The notes beneath the pieces are model-generated. The model was not told where the DNA came from. It worked only from the letters and a program-made list of their open reading frames with translations, and made no database searches. A stretch of DNA of 64,000 nucleotides from Spirochaetia bacterium (GTDB taxonomy: Bacteria > Spirochaetota > Spirochaetia > UBA9216), in contig OZ223272.1 in assembly GCA_965140585.1 (NCBI GenBank), positions 416,001-480,000 of the forward strand. The letters are read 5' to 3'. This document shows, one piece after another, positions 62,279 to 64,000 of this stretch. Each line of letters begins with the position of its first letter. Position 1 is the first letter of the stretch. The position numbers were made by a program, and so were the translations under genes.

Positions 62279-62667
62279 GACGTCGCTTTTTATTAGAGAA
62301 AGATTCCGATCAATCAAGTGATCTAAAAGAATCTCCACTTCTTATTTCTACCCAATATTCTATTCGCCCTTTGCGACTTTCTCAATCATTTTTATTTTAT
62401 CTGCAAGTCAACGAGCATAGCGAGTGAAGCAGACTTGCTGAACGGAACAACCTGCTGCGCCCGCGAAGCAGATTTTGATAATTATAAGCCAATACTTTTT
62501 CTTTAACGTCAGAACAAACATCGTCCAACGCAACGACCTTCTTCTAACAACCAAATCAAAATCCAAAATCTTCCTCATTCCAGGGCGAATTGAATATTGT
62601 AAACTATTTGGTAATCACTTGTGGTTCGGAACTTTCTCCACCCCAAGATCATGCTCCTGCGATGTCC
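62279..62667 (-). repeat. Non-coding cassette type A, copy 7 (most divergent)
   Basis: Same layout with more substitutions. Confidence 0.85.
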
Positions 62668-62992
62668 GCATAACGTCCCGGGGTTATATGACGTTTTTAT
62701 TTTTCTTAATTTTACCACCAATTACCCGTATTTACCAATTATAAACTATTGCTTCATGTCTGTGCATTTAACGACGATTTGAGTAGCAAAATCGGCCGAG
62801 TCTTCGAGGCATGGCGCAGTTCTGGAACGTAGCGCGATCAGCGCGAAGTGTCTTTAGCCAGAACTGTGACAAAGATTTTGACTACTCCAAATCTCTTGTT
62901 AAATGCTTACACCCAACTTACCCAAATCATAAAATAAAAATGTGGCGCAGCCCGAGGAGCTTATAGCGACGAGCAAATAACCCCTGTTATAG
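62668..62992 (-). other. attC site 28, giant (325 bp)
   Basis: gcataac-gtcccggggttatatgacg...tgtggcgcagcccgaggagc...ataacccct-gttatag with a ~245-bp structured insert. Confidence 0.7.
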
Positions 62993-63062
62993 GCAGTAAG
63001 CGCCTCTTTGATTACATGTAGTGAGGCACGGATGCCGAACGGTAATCTTGCTATCTTTTCTG

Positions 63063-64000
63063 CTATTCTCCTCTATCTATGTTCATCATACTATTCTTAT
63101 ATTCTTTAGATGCATTTGAAACATTCATTTCTGGATATACCAATAAACCATCGAAAACAACCTTTGGTTCTATTTCAATAGTATCTCGATAAAATCCAAA
63201 AATAATTCTTTCATTAATTGGAGCATATTTAAAATCGAGAAAAGCATAACGACTACTGTCCTTTTCTCCAATTAATTTCATTAAATTTTCTTCTTTAGAG
63301 TTTTTTACAAAATCAAATTGAAAAGTTTCTGAATCTGCCCAATTATCCTTAAATTCACCTTTCAACCCAAGAGTTAAAATATGATATAATTCTTCACTTC
63401 CATATTTATTTTGCATTTTTTCTCCTATAACTTGTAATCCTTCAATTCCAAGATTCCATTGATTCTTTTTTTGAGCATGCCACAATCCGCAATTTATAAT
63501 AATTTTATCATTTGGTCGAAGCTGTTCAATCTTATTACTAATTTGTTCAAACATAGCTTCTTCTCTAAATTCCCAAGAATAATTCTTTTTATATTCCAGC
63601 GTTTTCAATTCGAATTTAGTCATTTCTATCAATGTATTAACAACTTCTGTATTTATAGTATTTTTATATAGTGATAATACGTTCAAATAATTTCTTAATA
63701 TTTCTTCATAATTAGAAGATGAATGTTCGAGCGTCTGGCTACTTTCAAGTAAATTAATATCTTCTATTTCATTTAGATTCAGGATGGTAATTACTGCATT
63801 CTTAAAAACATCATCTTTATGATTTAGATCAAAACATGAAATTGATATCATTGCTTTATTATTCTTCTTTAATTCAGCATTTATATTTCTTACTTCTAAT
63901 AAAATATCTTTATGTAATCCTAATATAAGGTCATCAAGTATGAACGATTCATCTTTTACATATAAATCATATATATAGGAGTTTGCATCCATATCTTCTA
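63063..64000 (-). CDS. Hypothetical cassette protein, 5' end probably off the window (possibly erythromycin esterase/TIKI-like)
   Basis: REEAMF...KIIINCGLWHAQK...FDGLL pattern; family call is weak. Confidence 0.55.
   Translation of the reverse strand, partial: EDMDANSYIYDLYVKDESFILDDLILGLHKDILLEVRNINAELKKNNKAMISISCFDLNHKDDVFKNAVITILNLNEIEDINLLESSQTLEHSSSNYEEILRNYLNVLSLYKNTINTEVVNTLIEMTKFELKTLEYKKNYSWEFREEAMFEQISNKIEQLRPNDKIIINCGLWHAQKKNQWNLGIEGLQVIGEKMQNKYGSEELYHILTLGLKGEFKDNWADSETFQFDFVKNSKEENLMKLIGEKDSSRYAFLDFKYAPINERIIFGFYRDTIEIEPKVVFDGLLVYPEMNVSNASKEYKNSMMNIDRGE

Larger units (their letters stand above)
39900..64000 (-). mobile_element. Integron cassette array (28 attC sites visible; integrase/attI not in window; continues off the right edge)
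   Basis: Repeated GC-rich imperfect palindromes bounded by TAAC...GTTA core boxes separate AT-rich single genes or TA pairs that are all on the minus strand; R boxes match within each cassette. Confidence 0.93.

Noticed and set aside
49903-62744. Recurrent ORFs in the type A/B cassettes (MRLSQSFLF..., MQYSIRPG..., MAQPEARM..., MVGPTGRL...)
   Set aside because: They recur only because the DNA repeats; many cross attC sites, they change frame or length between copies, lack an obvious RBS and are not shared by A and B.
39966-62992. Repeats as a CRISPR array
   Set aside because: The repeats are 77-325 bp variable palindromes separated by whole genes, with integron R boxes; no cas genes are present.

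Overview
Chromosomal segment, probably from a spirochaete (inferred from fliS/flgN next to polA, an MCP, many lipoproteins and TIGR03545/03546-like genes), with two very different halves. Positions 1-39.6 kb hold ordinary genes: partial polA, flagellar chaperones, a PIN-PhoH ATPase, a glycerol/dihydroxyacetone (gldA-dhaKL-PocR) module, paaK, udk, rlmKL, an MCP, LysR/YeiH and a run of short accessory genes. Positions 39.6-64 kb are a large integron-type cassette array on the minus strand. I can delimit 28 attC-like sites (77-325 bp); no integrase lies in the window. The AT-rich cargo includes four type II TA modules, GNATs, a serine hydrolase, an MBL-fold protein, an HNH nuclease, unknowns and one dead IS256. 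Most unusual features: (i) ten copies of a ~390-bp apparently non-coding cassette in two diverged subfamilies that share motifs and compensated long-range stems; (ii) each cassette's two ends are complementary for ~15-22 bp, well beyond the 7-bp R boxes; (iii) most protein-coding cassettes carry GGA-loop hairpins at their ends, suggesting a reusable cassette 'chassis'; (iv) attC sites expanded at one fixed arm up to 325 bp. All alignments and pairings were done by eye, and product calls come from recognised motifs rather than database searches.
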